From positions 141,011 to 205,010 of the IMG/VR virus record IMGVR_UViG_3300042317_001568: DNA of 64,000 nucleotides; one strand, written 5' to 3'. Under the pieces are notes generated by a model that made no database searches, was not told the DNA's origin, and worked only from the letters and a program-made list of their open reading frames with translations. Positions 36,889 to 50,800 of the stretch are shown here, piece by piece (positions within the stretch are counted from its first letter, which is position 1; every line of letters starts with the position of its first letter). Made by a program: the position numbers and the translations under genes.

Positions 36889-38820
36889 GTGGTTTTAACG
36901 CCATCTGGGCAGGGCGGTTACGGCTCTATGGGCCGTGGCACAATGGCCGACGAACGGTTTCCCGACCCGTTCTGCGACATGGCCAGCCTATCCATGCCGG
37001 AAAGCATTCAGACCGCCTTGCGGTGGACTGAATACATCATGAATGCCAACGGTGTATACCGGCAGGCTATTGATCGCGTTGTGTCTTATTTTATTACAGA
37101 CGTAGAAATTTACGACATCGGCGAGAATACGACTGGCAGAGAAGAAAAAGAAAAGTATCAGGTTTTCCTTGAAGATACGCTGAAGATTCGCAACGTGCTG
37201 CATACGATTGCCATGGATTACATGACATATGGCAATTCGTTTACCAGTCTTCTGTTGCCATTTCGCCGCTATTTAATGTGCAAACGTTGCGGCTTTGAGA
37301 TGCCGTTTGACAAAGTTTACAACTCACCGCAATGCGCGTTTAAATGGCAGAATTTCGAGTTCCACGCGACATGCCCTAAGTGCAAATACTCTGGCGTCTG
37401 GCGGCACATCGACCGGCGCTCGGGCGACTCAGAAAATATGCACGTTAAACGCTGGAGCCCACATGAGATCGACATTTTGTGGGACCCGTACACCGATGAG
37501 TGCTCGTATGTTTGGAAGATTCCGCAAGACTATCGGACACTGATTAAAGAAGGGCATTTACATCATTTAGAGCGCGCTAGTTGGGAGATAATTCAGGCTA
37601 TCAAAAATGAGCAGAACCTCATGTTTGATAAGGGCATGATCTATCACTTGAAAGAAGACGCGCTCGCCGGCATGCGCAATCGTGGCTGGGGCATCTCGCG
37701 CATTTTGGCTAATTTCCGACAAGCGTGGTACGTGCAGATTCTCCACCGCTACAACGAGGCCATTGCGCTGGACTATGTCGTGCCATTCCGCGTCATTACT
37801 CCGGCACCCCGCGGCGGCGATGGGCAGTCATCTGACCCTGTGCATACAATTAACCTTTCAAATTTTGCGTCGCGTGTACAGTCTATGTTACGCGCCAGAC
37901 GAACAGACCCGGCCCGCTGGAACGTGCTGCCGTTTCCCGTGCAGTATCAAGCCCTCGGCGGCGACGCCACGCAGCTGGCGCCCAAAGACTTAATTGATCA
38001 GGGGCTAGATACGCTTTTAAAGTGTATCGGTATGCCCGTCGAACTGTTTAACGGCACGCTGCAGTTGCAGGCAGCACCGGCAGCTTTACGTTTATTTGAG
38101 GCGAACTGGAGCCATCTGCCGCTGAACCTCAATACGTTCATGGCCGAATTAGTAACGCAAATTGCGCGCTTTATGTCGTGGGAACCTGTCGGCGCCAAGC
38201 TTGTTCGCGTCACACACGCTGATGACCTGAATCGTCAGATGGCGAAACTGCAGCTTATGCAGGCGCAACAGATCAGCAAGGGTACTGGACTTAAGAGCGT
38301 TGGGCTTGACTACGAAGAAGAAATCAAACGCATGCTCGACGAAGAAAAGATTTACGCTGAAGAGCAACAGCGCATGCAAAAGGAAATGGAGCAGTCGCAG
38401 CAGATGCAGGACCTGAGCCAGCAGGCCCAGATGATGGGCGGAGTTGGCAATGCGGGTGCTGGCGCAACCGGCATGCCGCAAGGCGGCGCTCCGGCGCCTG
38501 CTGGCGGTGGTGGCGCACCTCCTCCGGGAACGCTGCCCGGCGCGGCCCCATCGTCTGTCGACCAGTTCATTATGCAGCGACAGAACTCCCCAAATGTTCC
38601 GCGCACGCCGGAAGACTTACAGCAGCAAGCCCAGCTCATTGCGAACGACTTGCTGTCTAAGCCTGAGTCCATAAAGGATTCGGAGCTAATTAAGTTGAAG
38701 CGCAGCGATCAAACGATGCACGCGCTTGTAACAAGCATTATGGACGATATTCGTCAGCAAGCCCGGTCGCAGGGCGGCGCTATGGTTATGCAACAACAGT
38801 TCGGCCAACCTGCGGGTTAA
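36889..38820 (+). CDS. probable portal protein
   Basis: 643 aa; YRQAIDRVV, YGNSF, RGWGIS, PVELF segments in portal-like order; Gln/Gly-rich tail; positioned before the virion genes. Confidence 0.55.
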   Translation: MVLTPSGQGGYGSMGRGTMADERFPDPFCDMASLSMPESIQTALRWTEYIMNANGVYRQAIDRVVSYFITDVEIYDIGENTTGREEKEKYQVFLEDTLKIRNVLHTIAMDYMTYGNSFTSLLLPFRRYLMCKRCGFEMPFDKVYNSPQCAFKWQNFEFHATCPKCKYSGVWRHIDRRSGDSENMHVKRWSPHEIDILWDPYTDECSYVWKIPQDYRTLIKEGHLHHLERASWEIIQAIKNEQNLMFDKGMIYHLKEDALAGMRNRGWGISRILANFRQAWYVQILHRYNEAIALDYVVPFRVITPAPRGGDGQSSDPVHTINLSNFASRVQSMLRARRTDPARWNVLPFPVQYQALGGDATQLAPKDLIDQGLDTLLKCIGMPVELFNGTLQLQAAPAALRLFEANWSHLPLNLNTFMAELVTQIARFMSWEPVGAKLVRVTHADDLNRQMAKLQLMQAQQISKGTGLKSVGLDYEEEIKRMLDEEKIYAEEQQRMQKEMEQSQQMQDLSQQAQMMGGVGNAGAGATGMPQGGAPAPAGGGGAPPPGTLPGAAPSSVDQFIMQRQNSPNVPRTPEDLQQQAQLIANDLLSKPESIKDSELIKLKRSDQTMHALVTSIMDDIRQQARSQGGAMVMQQQFGQPAG

Positions 38821-38825
38821 ACTGC

Positions 38826-39869
38826 ATGCGCATCGGAATATGTACTCATTACGCACATTGCGATCAGGCGTACCTAGCGATTCGGCTCGCGGATTTTTTG
38901 CGTGAGCAGGGCGTCGAGGCGTCTCTGTATGCGCACGACAAACCCGGTAAACTCGGCGCTGCGTACGACAATAAAATAATTCATCGCGGTCGCGCCCGGT
39001 TTACGGCGTGGGCGAAAAGTTGTCGTTCGATTATCTGGACGCATGTTCCGTCTATTGAGCAGTTAAATTACGTAAAACGTCAAAACGTACAAACCGTAAT
39101 TGTGCCCATGTGGCAAGACCTGCGGACGCCGTTTCGCAAGACGATCCGCGCTGCTGACCATGTGGTCGCGATGTCCGCTGAATGTCGGGAACTTTTTCAC
39201 AGCGTCTACAAGTTTAAAAATACGACGCTTGTGCCTTTTGACACAGGGTTGCCTCCTACACGCAAAACGGTGAATGTGAACCAGCGTCGGATACGGCTGT
39301 TGTTGCCGTGGTTTGACCGAAATGCGCGCTGCGCTCACCAGCTATTTTTGACAAATCTGCAACTGCTGCTTACCCGGATGCCGGAGGCAAATTTAACGGT
39401 TGCAATTACGTCTAGTCAGTTTTCCCCGGCGATAGCGAAGTTTTTTACGCGGCTTGGCGAAAAACTCGACAAACGTGTAAATGTTATCCGGCGTGTGCGT
39501 TACGCCGACCGACCGAAGTTGTTCTTGAATCACGATTTAACGCTATACCCTGCAGAGTGTGACAACTACGGTTTTTGCGGTCTGACGTCTATTGCTTGCG
39601 GCACGCCAATATTAACATTTGCCGTACCGCCGCAAATTGATTTTGCATATCCGGACACAAACGCAGTGGTAGTAAAAACAAAAGTGAATTATGATGAGTA
39701 CGGCGTCGCTCATGCTGACCCTGATTACGAGCGATACTTTTCGGCGCTGCAAACGCTGATTGCCGAACCTTGGCATATTGATGCCATGAACAAACGAATC
39801 AACTACAACTTAAACTCTCGACGCAAATCTTTTGAAACGGGGTGGCAAGCTATTTTGCGTCTTGTGTAG
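38826..39869 (+). CDS. GT-B (family 4-like) glycosyltransferase
   Basis: ECDNYGFCGLTSIACGTPIL resembles EgFGl..lEAmacGxP. Confidence 0.7.
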   Translation: MRIGICTHYAHCDQAYLAIRLADFLREQGVEASLYAHDKPGKLGAAYDNKIIHRGRARFTAWAKSCRSIIWTHVPSIEQLNYVKRQNVQTVIVPMWQDLRTPFRKTIRAADHVVAMSAECRELFHSVYKFKNTTLVPFDTGLPPTRKTVNVNQRRIRLLLPWFDRNARCAHQLFLTNLQLLLTRMPEANLTVAITSSQFSPAIAKFFTRLGEKLDKRVNVIRRVRYADRPKLFLNHDLTLYPAECDNYGFCGLTSIACGTPILTFAVPPQIDFAYPDTNAVVVKTKVNYDEYGVAHADPDYERYFSALQTLIAEPWHIDAMNKRINYNLNSRRKSFETGWQAILRLV

Positions 39870-39885
39870 CGCATGGAGGCGCCGC

Positions 39886-40647
39886 ATGAAAAAAACTCAC
39901 GAGCTATCGTTTGATAAAACAATCGAATTTTCGCGGCGGTATTACAAAGATCACACTACTTTGCTCGGAGAGTCGTTATCGGCGCACTGCCAACAAGTAG
40001 CGCGTCAAGCTGAAACGATTGCCGGTCGGTTGTACAAAGATGTGCGCCCAGACTATTTTCAAGACTCCAGCAAAGACGGCATTGCGGCGATTATCCACGG
40101 CGCCCTACTCCACGACATTTTCAACGTCGGCGCCTGCCCGTTTGAGCACGTAGCTGAGGCCACGACCGTTCAGATTGCGGCCAGCGTCGCCGACATTAGC
40201 CGCGACTTTCGTTTAGTAGAGACAAAGCGCGATATGGAGTTCCGCGGCCGGCTAAGTCAAAGCCCTGTCTCGTCGCAAGTAATCGCCGCGGCAGACATTA
40301 TTTGTACTGCCAACGACGCGCTTAAATTTCTAACCGCTTCCGGCCACTCAGCGATACCAAAGGTTAAGAAGATTCTTACCCAGCTTGACGGTGACTTGCT
40401 AGCAATACATGCAGCCAACAAGTACTACTCTCTGCGCCTGTACGTTCACGCCGCTAGAAACCTCTTGACAACTATTAGTCAAGAGATTAAAACCTGCAAG
40501 AATCGCGTCAAAATGGCTAGAATTGCAGCGGCGTCAACAGAGTCGCTGCGGGAAAAAATAGCCGCACGCGAAAAAGAAACAGCAGTTCCGGTAGAAACAA
40601 AAGGACGAAAAAATGCCGGCAAAAAATCTCGTACGTCAAATTCTTGA
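39886..40647 (+). CDS. HD-domain protein (SpoT/Mesh1 hydrolase-like)
   Basis: AHCQQVA...GALLHDI...VAD+S.D...AAD. Confidence 0.7.
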   Translation: MKKTHELSFDKTIEFSRRYYKDHTTLLGESLSAHCQQVARQAETIAGRLYKDVRPDYFQDSSKDGIAAIIHGALLHDIFNVGACPFEHVAEATTVQIAASVADISRDFRLVETKRDMEFRGRLSQSPVSSQVIAAADIICTANDALKFLTASGHSAIPKVKKILTQLDGDLLAIHAANKYYSLRLYVHAARNLLTTISQEIKTCKNRVKMARIAAASTESLREKIAAREKETAVPVETKGRKNAGKKSRTSNS

Positions 40648-40948
40648 TCAGTACAAGACGGCTAATCCTAACCACACCGAACCAGAGACAAAGCTGCTCA
40701 ACGGTTTCGGCGAGTTCGCTGAACAATGGTTGCGTACGATAAAGATTATCGGCGTGGGGTATACGGTTAACGGCATGGTGCTTCGTACGGCCGCGGGGGA
40801 AGAGTTGGTCTTGGATGACTCGTCCGCCACGCCCCCGACAAACATTCCGGGATACAACGCGGTCGGTATTACTGGCAACGCCGCCCCGATGTCCGTGACC
40901 ACACCGATGCGGCCATCGGACTTCTCTATTACCGGGGGGGCTGGCTAG
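40613..40948 (+). CDS. hypothetical protein
   Basis: 111-aa ORF overlapping the upstream gene. Confidence 0.6.
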   Translation: MPAKNLVRQILDQYKTANPNHTEPETKLLNGFGEFAEQWLRTIKIIGVGYTVNGMVLRTAAGEELVLDDSSATPPTNIPGYNAVGITGNAAPMSVTTPMRPSDFSITGGAG

Positions 40949-40950
40949 GC

Positions 40951-41619
40951 GTGTTTATTTGTTTTGAGGGCATTGACGGCGCTGGTAAAACAACTCAAGC
41001 GCGCATGCTGCATCAACGTCTGTGTGCCGAAGGACTATCGCCTGAACTAGTCCACGATCCCGGCACGACAAAAATCGGTACGGCTATTCGGCAGATTCTT
41101 CTGCACAACGACGCCCCGATCTCTGCGCACGCGCAAATGCTTCTTTTCTCGGCCGCGCGGGCTGAACTAGCAGTGCACATTCGCGCGGTGCTTGATGCCG
41201 GCGGCCACGCCATTTGTGACAGATGGTTGCTTTCCACGTTGGTTTATCAGGGCGAAATAAACGGCATCAGCGAAAAACTAATTACGACAATTTTTCAGGA
41301 AACCTCGCGCGTTGAGCCTGACCTCTGCTTTCTTCTAGACCTCGACCCTGAAGATGCGGGGGCTCGGATGACAAAAAGGTCCGGCAGCCAAAAAATGGAC
41401 CGATACGAGCGGCGTTGCGTCAGTGACCGAATCCGTATGCGCGATGCTTATCTCCGCTACGCCGACGAGCCGCCCCACAACAAAAACATGTATGTTGTCT
41501 CTGCCGCTGAAAGCCCAGAGGAAACACACGAGTTGGTGTACGATGCCGTCATGACTGTCTTTTCTAGAATGGAGTCTAAAAATGACAATGGCCGTAAGCG
41601 TTTGCTTGAAAAATCGTGA
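40951..41619 (+). CDS. tmk: thymidylate kinase
   Basis: FEGIDGAGKTTQ P-loop, LLFSAARAE, CDRW, PDLCFLLD. Confidence 0.93.
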   Translation: MFICFEGIDGAGKTTQARMLHQRLCAEGLSPELVHDPGTTKIGTAIRQILLHNDAPISAHAQMLLFSAARAELAVHIRAVLDAGGHAICDRWLLSTLVYQGEINGISEKLITTIFQETSRVEPDLCFLLDLDPEDAGARMTKRSGSQKMDRYERRCVSDRIRMRDAYLRYADEPPHNKNMYVVSAAESPEETHELVYDAVMTVFSRMESKNDNGRKRLLEKS

Positions 41620-42094
41620 ACGTTCCGCTGCCTTATTGCAAGCCCGGCAACAAGCGCAGCAGCTAGAAAAAAAGCTGTTGCTGTCGCCACAAAACAGAAC
41701 AGCTGTTGTGGCTATGCGTACGGTATGTTATTTGTTGATTCAGTTAGTGCAAAAATACGTTACACGGTCCCCGAAGGCTTATCAGGACTACGAGCAGCTT
41801 ATGCACTGCACTCGCATATTGCGCGAGCTTGGATTTAAACCACCAAGCGCTACAGAAACCACCGCTGACGAAACTACGTATAACGCGGACGCTGTAATTA
41901 ATTCGCAGGACTACCGGTATCTGCGTAACCGCGCGATTGCGTGTTTAGCCACTATTGCTGATCTCACTGAAAAACCTACGGCTGTCGGAACACCCGAGTT
42001 TCAAAGCGGTATGCGTGAGGGTTACCGGCGCGCTAGCGATATTGCGGCGGCTTTTTTAACTGACTTTGGCGCAGGAGTTTCTGACGATGAATAG
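41582..42094 (+). CDS. hypothetical protein
   Basis: 170-aa ORF. Confidence 0.6.
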   Translation: MTMAVSVCLKNRERSAALLQARQQAQQLEKKLLLSPQNRTAVVAMRTVCYLLIQLVQKYVTRSPKAYQDYEQLMHCTRILRELGFKPPSATETTADETTYNADAVINSQDYRYLRNRAIACLATIADLTEKPTAVGTPEFQSGMREGYRRASDIAAAFLTDFGAGVSDDE

Positions 42095-42347
42095 CACTTT
42101 GATCGAACTACGGGATTTGAATCCCGAGGCTCTTTTGTTAGATAATATGGACGAGGCGCTTGTTGGCGTCGGTCAGGTTGGCCTTGCTGACCCGGTCGCT
42201 GTCTATAGCCAAGCTTTGATTTTTGCAAAATTGTCGCGCGATGGTTTTTCCCCAGAGGAAGCCGCCGCGTATTTTCAAGAAAAAATGACTGAGATGGCCA
42301 ACGCAACCTATGCTCCGGTAATTTTACGGGACGTCATCGAGGAATAA
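42087..42347 (+). CDS. phage hypothetical protein
   Basis: EALLLDNMDEALVGV...VAVYS. Confidence 0.65.
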   Translation: MNSTLIELRDLNPEALLLDNMDEALVGVGQVGLADPVAVYSQALIFAKLSRDGFSPEEAAAYFQEKMTEMANATYAPVILRDVIEE

Positions 42348-42352
42348 TTTTC

Positions 42353-42667
42353 GTGGCCACCATAGTTCTTAATTCTGCAGACACGATTCAATTTGTTAAC
42401 ATTAGTGTCCGTGATAAACAGTCTGCCCCAACAATGCTCATGCAGGCCGGTGATTGGCAAAACGAGTCTGGCGTAGAAACCGGTATAACGGTTGACGTCA
42501 CCGGCGCCGAAGTGCCAATCTTAACTGCCGACAATGCCCGAAAGCTGGCCAAATGGTTACAACGCGCCGCCGACAGCTTAGACGGCGTAAAATCGCCCGC
42601 TAAAAAACGCCACAAATTTACGTACGAAGAAGACGACGATAACGACGATTTTTCGCGGCGGTATTGA
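42353..42667 (+). CDS. hypothetical protein
   Basis: 104-aa ORF, GTG start. Confidence 0.6.
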   Translation: MATIVLNSADTIQFVNISVRDKQSAPTMLMQAGDWQNESGVETGITVDVTGAEVPILTADNARKLAKWLQRAADSLDGVKSPAKKRHKFTYEEDDDNDDFSRRY

Positions 42668-42700
42668 CGTGTGCGTGTGTTGGGTCGGGCTGCGCGATAG

Positions 42701-44389
<1,689 letters not shown>

Positions 44390-44406
44390 TGGGGTGTTGT
44401 TGAGCC

Positions 44407-47400
44407 ATGACTCTCGCACCTCCAAAAATTCTTCAGATACGTATATTAAGCGTAACCGAGTTGCCGGATCGGCTATCCGGAAACTATTGGTCTAGCAGCG
44501 CTTATCGGTGGACAGCCACGTTAGCGGTTAATCCGCAAACTCACGGCGACCCGGCGTCTTCAACAGGCTTTTACTACACAGCCCGCGACATCAAAATCGG
44601 CGACTATGTCGTAACCAGCGGCCGTGGTTTAATTCTTAAAGTAATTGCTGTAAATGCCGGTTCGGTTACAGACACGTCTATCCAGTGCACGCTTGAAGAC
44701 GAAAATCAATACAACGCGTTTCTAAGCGAAAACTCAGACGGTGACGGTTTAATTCCGTCAAACAATACAGAAGGCGTACTGTTTGAAACAAAAAACGGCT
44801 GGCCTATTTTGCATCCTTTACCGGACGCGTTGGCTGGTACGTTGCCGCCCTATTTTTCAGCTGACATTATTTCTCGGTTTATGTACACCCGGCCCGCCGA
44901 CTCTGGCGGCAGTGGGTCTGCAGGCCCTACAGGTGCTGCTGGTCCTACTGGTGTTGCAGGCCCAACCGGCGTTGCTGGAGCTACTGGTCCAACTGGCGCT
45001 GCTGGGCTAAACGGAGCTACTGGTCCAACCGGTGTTGCTGGAGCTACTGGTGTTGCTGGTCCAACTGGCGTTGCTGGGTTAGATGGCGCTACTGGTCCAA
45101 CTGGGGCTGCGGGCGCTACTGGCGTCGCAGGCCCGACTGGCGTTGCTGGAGCTACCGGTGTTGCTGGGTTAGATGGCGCTACTGGTCCAACTGGGGCTGC
45201 TGGCCCAACTGGCGCTGCGGGCGCTACTGGCGCCGCAGGCCCGACTGGCGTTGCTGGAGCTACCGGTGTTGCTGGGTTAGACGGAGCGACGGGCCCAACC
45301 GGCGCTGCTGGGCTAAACGGAGCTACTGGTCCAACCGGTGTTGCTGGGCTAGATGGCGCTACTGGTCCAACTGGGGCTGCTGGTCCAACTGGCGTCGCGG
45401 GTGTTGTTGGGGCTACGGGCGTTATTGGCCCAATTGGCCCCGCTGGCGTCACCGGTCCAACTGGTCCTGTTGGAGCTACTGGTCCAACTGGGGCTGCTGG
45501 GTCGCAAGGTATAGACGGAGCGACGGGCCCAACCGGCGCTGCTGGGCTAAACGGAGCTACTGGTCCAACCGGTGTTGCTGGAGCTACTGGTGTTGCTGGT
45601 GTTGCTGGATTAGACGGAGCTACTGGTCCAACCGGTGTTGCTGGTCCAACTGGTGTTACAGGCCCTACAGGTCCTGCTGGTCAGCAAGGTGTTGCTGGTC
45701 CTACTGGTGTTACAGGTCCTACAGGTCCTGCTGGTGTTGCTGGGCCGCAAGGTATAGACGGAGCTACTGGACCTACAGGCCCCGCCGGGGTTGCTGGTCA
45801 GCAAGGTGTTGCTGGTCCAACTGGTGTCGCCGGGCCGCAAGGTATAGACGGAGCTACTGGACCTACAGGTCCTGCTGGTCAGCAAGGTGTTGCTGGTCCA
45901 ACTGGTGTCGCCGGGCCACAAGGTATAGACGGAGCTACTGGACCTACAGGTCCTGCTGGTCAGCAAGGTGTTGCTGGTCCAACCGGTGTTGCTGGCGCTA
46001 CAGGTGTTACAGGTCCTACAGGGCCTGCTGGTGTTGCCGGTGTTGCTGGTCCAACCGGTGTTGCTGGCGCTACGGGTGTTACAGGTCCTACAGGGCCTGC
46101 TGGTCAGCAAGGTGTTGCTGGTCCAACTGGTGTTGCTGGGCCGCAAGGTATAAATGGCGCTACCGGGCCTACAGGGCCTGCTGGTCAGCAAGGTGTTGCT
46201 GGACCAACTGGTGTTGCTGGCGCTACAGGTGTTACAGGTCCGCAAGGCTCGTCTTTAAATATTCGCGGGCAGCTTGTAGAGTGGCCGCCGTCGTGGCTGC
46301 CCGAGTTTGGCGATATGTGGGTGGCCGTCGATCCCGTGCCGCTTGACACGCCAGTTTATTTGAGCGTGCAACCCGGCGACGGCATCGCGTGGGTCGAGTC
46401 GGGCGATGGCGGAGATTGGTTAAATGTCGGGCCTTTCAGAGGACCTATTGGTCCGCAAGGTTTATTGGGCCCTAGCGGCCCAACGGGCGCACAGGGTATT
46501 CAAGGCATTCGCGGCGCGACCGGCGTACAGGGTCCGTCTGGCCTCGTCGGCGCAACAGGCCCGCAAGGACCGGCGGCAAGCAATATTGTGCTCAGCGTTA
46601 ACTCTCAGACAGGGGTGGTTGTGTTGCAGTCTGACGACATCACGCTCGACACAGAATTTACGGTTTTAGCAGTCGACCAAGGCGACCTTGCAAATAATAC
46701 AGTCATAGCAGCCGGTACGTCGTTGACGACGATTATCCGGCGCATGCTTCAAAAGCGCGTTCCGGCGACGTACTTAACGCCGACGCTCGTTATTGGTAGT
46801 ACGACCGCCACGGCCACAATTGAATACGGCTCTACTATAAATACGACGTTGTCATTGACGTGGACAAAAAGGGACGGCGGCGACCCAACACAGTTTAGAT
46901 ACCGGCAAAACAATCAAACTATAAACACAATTTCAGGGGCCACGGCCGCCGATTTTACGGTCCCGACATTTAATTTAACCAGCACAGCGACATTCAACGC
47001 TGTTGCGGACTACGCCGCGGGACCAGCAAAACCAGACAACTTTGGCGACGCTACGTTGCCGTCTTTGCCGGCAAGTACTGCTTCGTCTGGCAACGTGGTC
47101 CTAACGCCGGCGCATAAACGGTATTATGGTTGCACAGGCGCAGACACGCTAGACAACGATCTTGTGCTAGGGCTGCCGAATAGCGACTTACCAGCAAACA
47201 ACGCCGTTTCGCCGCCGATCGGTTCCGGATCGGACTTTACAAATTCGCGTAGCATTGCTAGAAAATTTAATCCAGATGGGCAGTACATTTACTTTGCGTG
47301 GCCTAACTCGTTAGAGGGCAGCACCGCCCCGGTCTTCACCGTAGGCGGATTATCGACTAGCGGCTGGGTAAAAACGACGGTACAGTTACGAAACGAACAA

Positions 47401-47496
47401 ATAACAGCGAAATTATCAATTGCTGCGACTACCTACGCCGTGTACCGTAGTCCAAACAAAATTAACGGCACCGATGTTAATGTTCAGGTGACGTGA
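44407..47496 (+). CDS. collagen-like virion fibre protein
   Basis: long uninterrupted Gly-X-Y tract plus globular N- and C-terminal domains. Confidence 0.85.
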   Translation: MTLAPPKILQIRILSVTELPDRLSGNYWSSSAYRWTATLAVNPQTHGDPASSTGFYYTARDIKIGDYVVTSGRGLILKVIAVNAGSVTDTSIQCTLEDENQYNAFLSENSDGDGLIPSNNTEGVLFETKNGWPILHPLPDALAGTLPPYFSADIISRFMYTRPADSGGSGSAGPTGAAGPTGVAGPTGVAGATGPTGAAGLNGATGPTGVAGATGVAGPTGVAGLDGATGPTGAAGATGVAGPTGVAGATGVAGLDGATGPTGAAGPTGAAGATGAAGPTGVAGATGVAGLDGATGPTGAAGLNGATGPTGVAGLDGATGPTGAAGPTGVAGVVGATGVIGPIGPAGVTGPTGPVGATGPTGAAGSQGIDGATGPTGAAGLNGATGPTGVAGATGVAGVAGLDGATGPTGVAGPTGVTGPTGPAGQQGVAGPTGVTGPTGPAGVAGPQGIDGATGPTGPAGVAGQQGVAGPTGVAGPQGIDGATGPTGPAGQQGVAGPTGVAGPQGIDGATGPTGPAGQQGVAGPTGVAGATGVTGPTGPAGVAGVAGPTGVAGATGVTGPTGPAGQQGVAGPTGVAGPQGINGATGPTGPAGQQGVAGPTGVAGATGVTGPQGSSLNIRGQLVEWPPSWLPEFGDMWVAVDPVPLDTPVYLSVQPGDGIAWVESGDGGDWLNVGPFRGPIGPQGLLGPSGPTGAQGIQGIRGATGVQGPSGLVGATGPQGPAASNIVLSVNSQTGVVVLQSDDITLDTEFTVLAVDQGDLANNTVIAAGTSLTTIIRRMLQKRVPATYLTPTLVIGSTTATATIEYGSTINTTLSLTWTKRDGGDPTQFRYRQNNQTINTISGATAADFTVPTFNLTSTATFNAVADYAAGPAKPDNFGDATLPSLPASTASSGNVVLTPAHKRYYGCTGADTLDNDLVLGLPNSDLPANNAVSPPIGSGSDFTNSRSIARKFNPDGQYIYFAWPNSLEGSTAPVFTVGGLSTSGWVKTTVQLRNEQITAKLSIAATTYAVYRSPNKINGTDVNVQVT
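44923..46245 (+). repeat. coding Gly-X-Y tandem repeats
   Basis: 9-nt periodicity with higher-order blocks such as [27 protein letters not shown]. Confidence 0.9.
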
Positions 47497-47786
47497 TGAG
47501 TAATCTACCCGGAACAAACATAATCGCGGCTATTGTTCCGTTTACAGAGCTCGACCAGTACGCTACCCATGACGCCAAATACGGTAAAGGCGGGTATCGG
47601 TCTGTAACGAATGTTACCGCCCGCAACAATATTCCGCCTGACAGGCGCAGTATCGGCATGACAGTTCGGACAACTGATGATAATATAGTGTGGATTTTAA
47701 CGTCAGATGACGGCACTTTGAATTGTGTAAACTGCGTGTGGGTTAAAGAAGTCGATACGCTATCCATGGATGGCGGTGAGTTTTAA
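47496..47786 (+). CDS. small virion-associated protein
   Basis: GKGGYRSV...RNNIPPDRRSIGMTV; ends MDGGEF. Confidence 0.65.
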   Translation: MSNLPGTNIIAAIVPFTELDQYATHDAKYGKGGYRSVTNVTARNNIPPDRRSIGMTVRTTDDNIVWILTSDDGTLNCVNCVWVKEVDTLSMDGGEF

Positions 47787-47857
47787 TCGTTTTTTTCGGT
47801 CGCTAGTTTTTTCTGGGTATACTGTACTCGGCGGTATCCCTTACTTGGAGTAGTCTC

Positions 47858-50800
47858 ATGCCTAATGTTATTCGGATTAAGCGTCGTCTTGTTGGTGCTG
47901 CGCTCGGCACAGCGGTTCCCACGCAGTTACGCAATGCCGAACTAGCGTTCAACGAGATCAACAATACGCTGTACATCGGGCGCCAAGGCGACACGACCGG
48001 AGCGACGGAAAACGCCGCCGCCGTGGCGCTTGCCGGCGATGGCGTGGTGTGGACTGGTACCGCAACGTTTGGCAACGTTAAGACTACTGGATATTTCGCG
48101 GCCGGTGACGAAGCCTACGCATACACAAATACTTTTCCGCCGTCGGTTGATAGCGCGCAAGGCGGCAAGTTGCTGGCTAGCACTGAATATGTCGACAGCG
48201 CGCTGGCGCGGGGCACTGGAAGCGGTATGTCGCTTTTCCCTGTTGCCGCTGACGTCGCAACAACTGTGCCGATTGTTGCCGGCAGTTACTACGACAATCT
48301 TCAAGGGCTGGGCAGTGTAAGAGTCGCTATCCCGCAACCGTCGTCGGCTTCAGCGGGTCTGGCGCTATACGAGTTGAAGGGTACGCCGACAGTGCAAGGC
48401 GTTAACCTTGTCGCCAACGACCGCGTTTTAATCATGGGTCACTTGGACCCGACGAACATCGGCATTTGGACGATTCCGGCTGGCGCCGGTTCTTCCACGC
48501 CGTGGGTCCGCGAAACTGCTTTGAACGTCGCGCAGTCGTACACGTACGGCGCGCGTGTTTTTGTAACCGCTGGCGACTATGCAAATAAAACGTTTGCCGT
48601 AGCGAGTGACCCGCTAAATCCGACAAAGGATGTCGGCGGACCTAACTTCAATACGCTTAGTTTTATTCAGCATAGTTCTGGTGCGACAACAGTACCGGCT
48701 GGTGCCAGCATAAAGTTCAAGCGCGTTGTCCGCGCCAAGAGCGACTATTACCAGATCATCAACGGTAAAGTCGTTGTTGACGGTATTGTGCTGAATCAAA
48801 ACGACCGATTTATTTGGACGCCTAAAAACGAGAATCCCGGCGGGCATAACATAATCGGCAGCACCTACACCCCCGGCTCGGTGCCCGGCGACGGCACCGG
48901 CGACGAATCCGGCGGTTACGACAGTTCGCGCGCTGGTATCTATCGCGTCAATTACGACAAAACACTGACTACGAACATTACGACGGGGTTACCGGATTTT
49001 TACAGCGTTGTATCGCGCGCTGGTGATTTCAATGAAGACGCAGAAGCCGTCGCCGCGCACAACACTAAAGTGCTCGTTCGCGAAGGGCAGAACAACGCAA
49101 ACAAAATATTCACTATTACCACGAACGCGTCGAGTTTTATTCTTGCCGACGAGTTTCCCGGTGAAGTTGCGCTGTTTACATACGACTCAAATTGGAGCGG
49201 CGCGGGCGGGGCATTGTCTGGCACACCGATGATCGACGGCGTGCAAACTGTTTTCGAAGACCTTACCGCCAATCCGCCGCGTCTTGGCAGCGTTGTGCTG
49301 GTTAAAAACGAAGTCGATAAAACAACAAACGGCCTGTACTACATCAAAACAAATAGCACGTGGATTCGTCACCCGGCCGCTAACGAAACAGGTGAACTAA
49401 CTTACGGAAGTTATATCCGCGTGAAATACGGCGCGATTAACAAGAACAGCGGCTTTGTGCAGGTTTCGAATTTTGATCCGCTTATTATCGGCACGAACCC
49501 CATTGTTTTTGAGTCGCCGCAGGCATTGCTGGACTTCCGCGCTGGTGTTGGCTTAGGGCGCGACGGGCGATCTTTTTACGTCAAAACAGCAGACGCTTCA
49601 CGCATCAACGTCACAGAAGTCGGCGTCGACCTCGGGCTTGTTCCCAATGTCGAAACGACTCCCGCGACGCTTACTACGGCGTACATCAAAGTCCACGCTG
49701 ACAAATATGGCCGCGTCACTGCAGATAGCCGCGAAACTATCACGGCCAGCGAATTGCGTGACTCCATTTATTCGGGAGTTACGCCAGACACTACTGGTAC
49801 GAGTTATCTCGTGTTCTCCGAGAGCCCTGCCCTCACCGGCGTGCCGACAGCGCCAACTGCTACTGCTGGTGACAATTCAACGCAGATTGCCACTACAGCA
49901 TATGTGCTGGCTAACGGTGGCAGCAGTATTTTAGGGACTAACAACGCGTTTACCGGCGCAAACACGTTTACCAACGCTACTGGGCAGACGTTCCGTACAG
50001 CCGAAACCGCTGACGCCATTATTGTTAAAGGTGGTGGCAATACAAACAGCCGGTCTATCACGCTGATTACAGATACGCTGAGCGCGAGCAGGACTGTCAC
50101 GTTCCCCGACCATACGGGTGACTACACGTTAGTCGGCGCTGGGACTACGCAAACGCTGACGAACAAGACGCTCACAGCGCCGAAGATGACCGGCACCTAC
50201 ATTGCTGACACAAATAACAATGAGTTGATCAAGTTTCCAGCGGTCGTGGCCGGCGCTACGAACGAGATTACTGTAACCAATGCGAGTAACGGTTTGGCCC
50301 CTGAAATCTCGGCTACTGGCTCGGCCGACGCTAACATCGACCTCAAGTTAACTGCAAAGGGCACTGGCGCCGTTAATTCGACGAGCAACTTTACGGTGTC
50401 ATCCGGTAAATCGCTTAATCTATCCAACACTATTGTAACCGCAGGCACGAATGCGCAGGGGCAAGGAGCACTCACTAACGATATTAACATTGTTACGTCC
50501 GCGGCCACTGCACCGTCCGGCGTAACGCTCCCAACAGGTACGGCTGGTCGTGTTGTGGTTATTGTTAATCGCAGCAGTCAAGCAAATACGGTAAACGTAT
50601 ACCCGGCTTCTGGCGGTACAATTAACGCCCTCTCCGCAAATGCTTTTTTTGCTGTTGCGGCAAATTCTACTGCTATTTTTCGCGCCTCCAGCGCCACCCA
50701 GTGGTATTCCGAAATAGTCGATCTTGTTAACGGCACGACCGGCACATTGGCTGTCGGCAGCGGCGGTACTGGCGCGACAACGTTTACTAACGGTGCAATT

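Noticed and set aside
44923-46245. CRISPR-like periodicity
   Set aside because: In-frame coding repeats with no constant repeat and unique spacer pattern; no cas1 or cas2.
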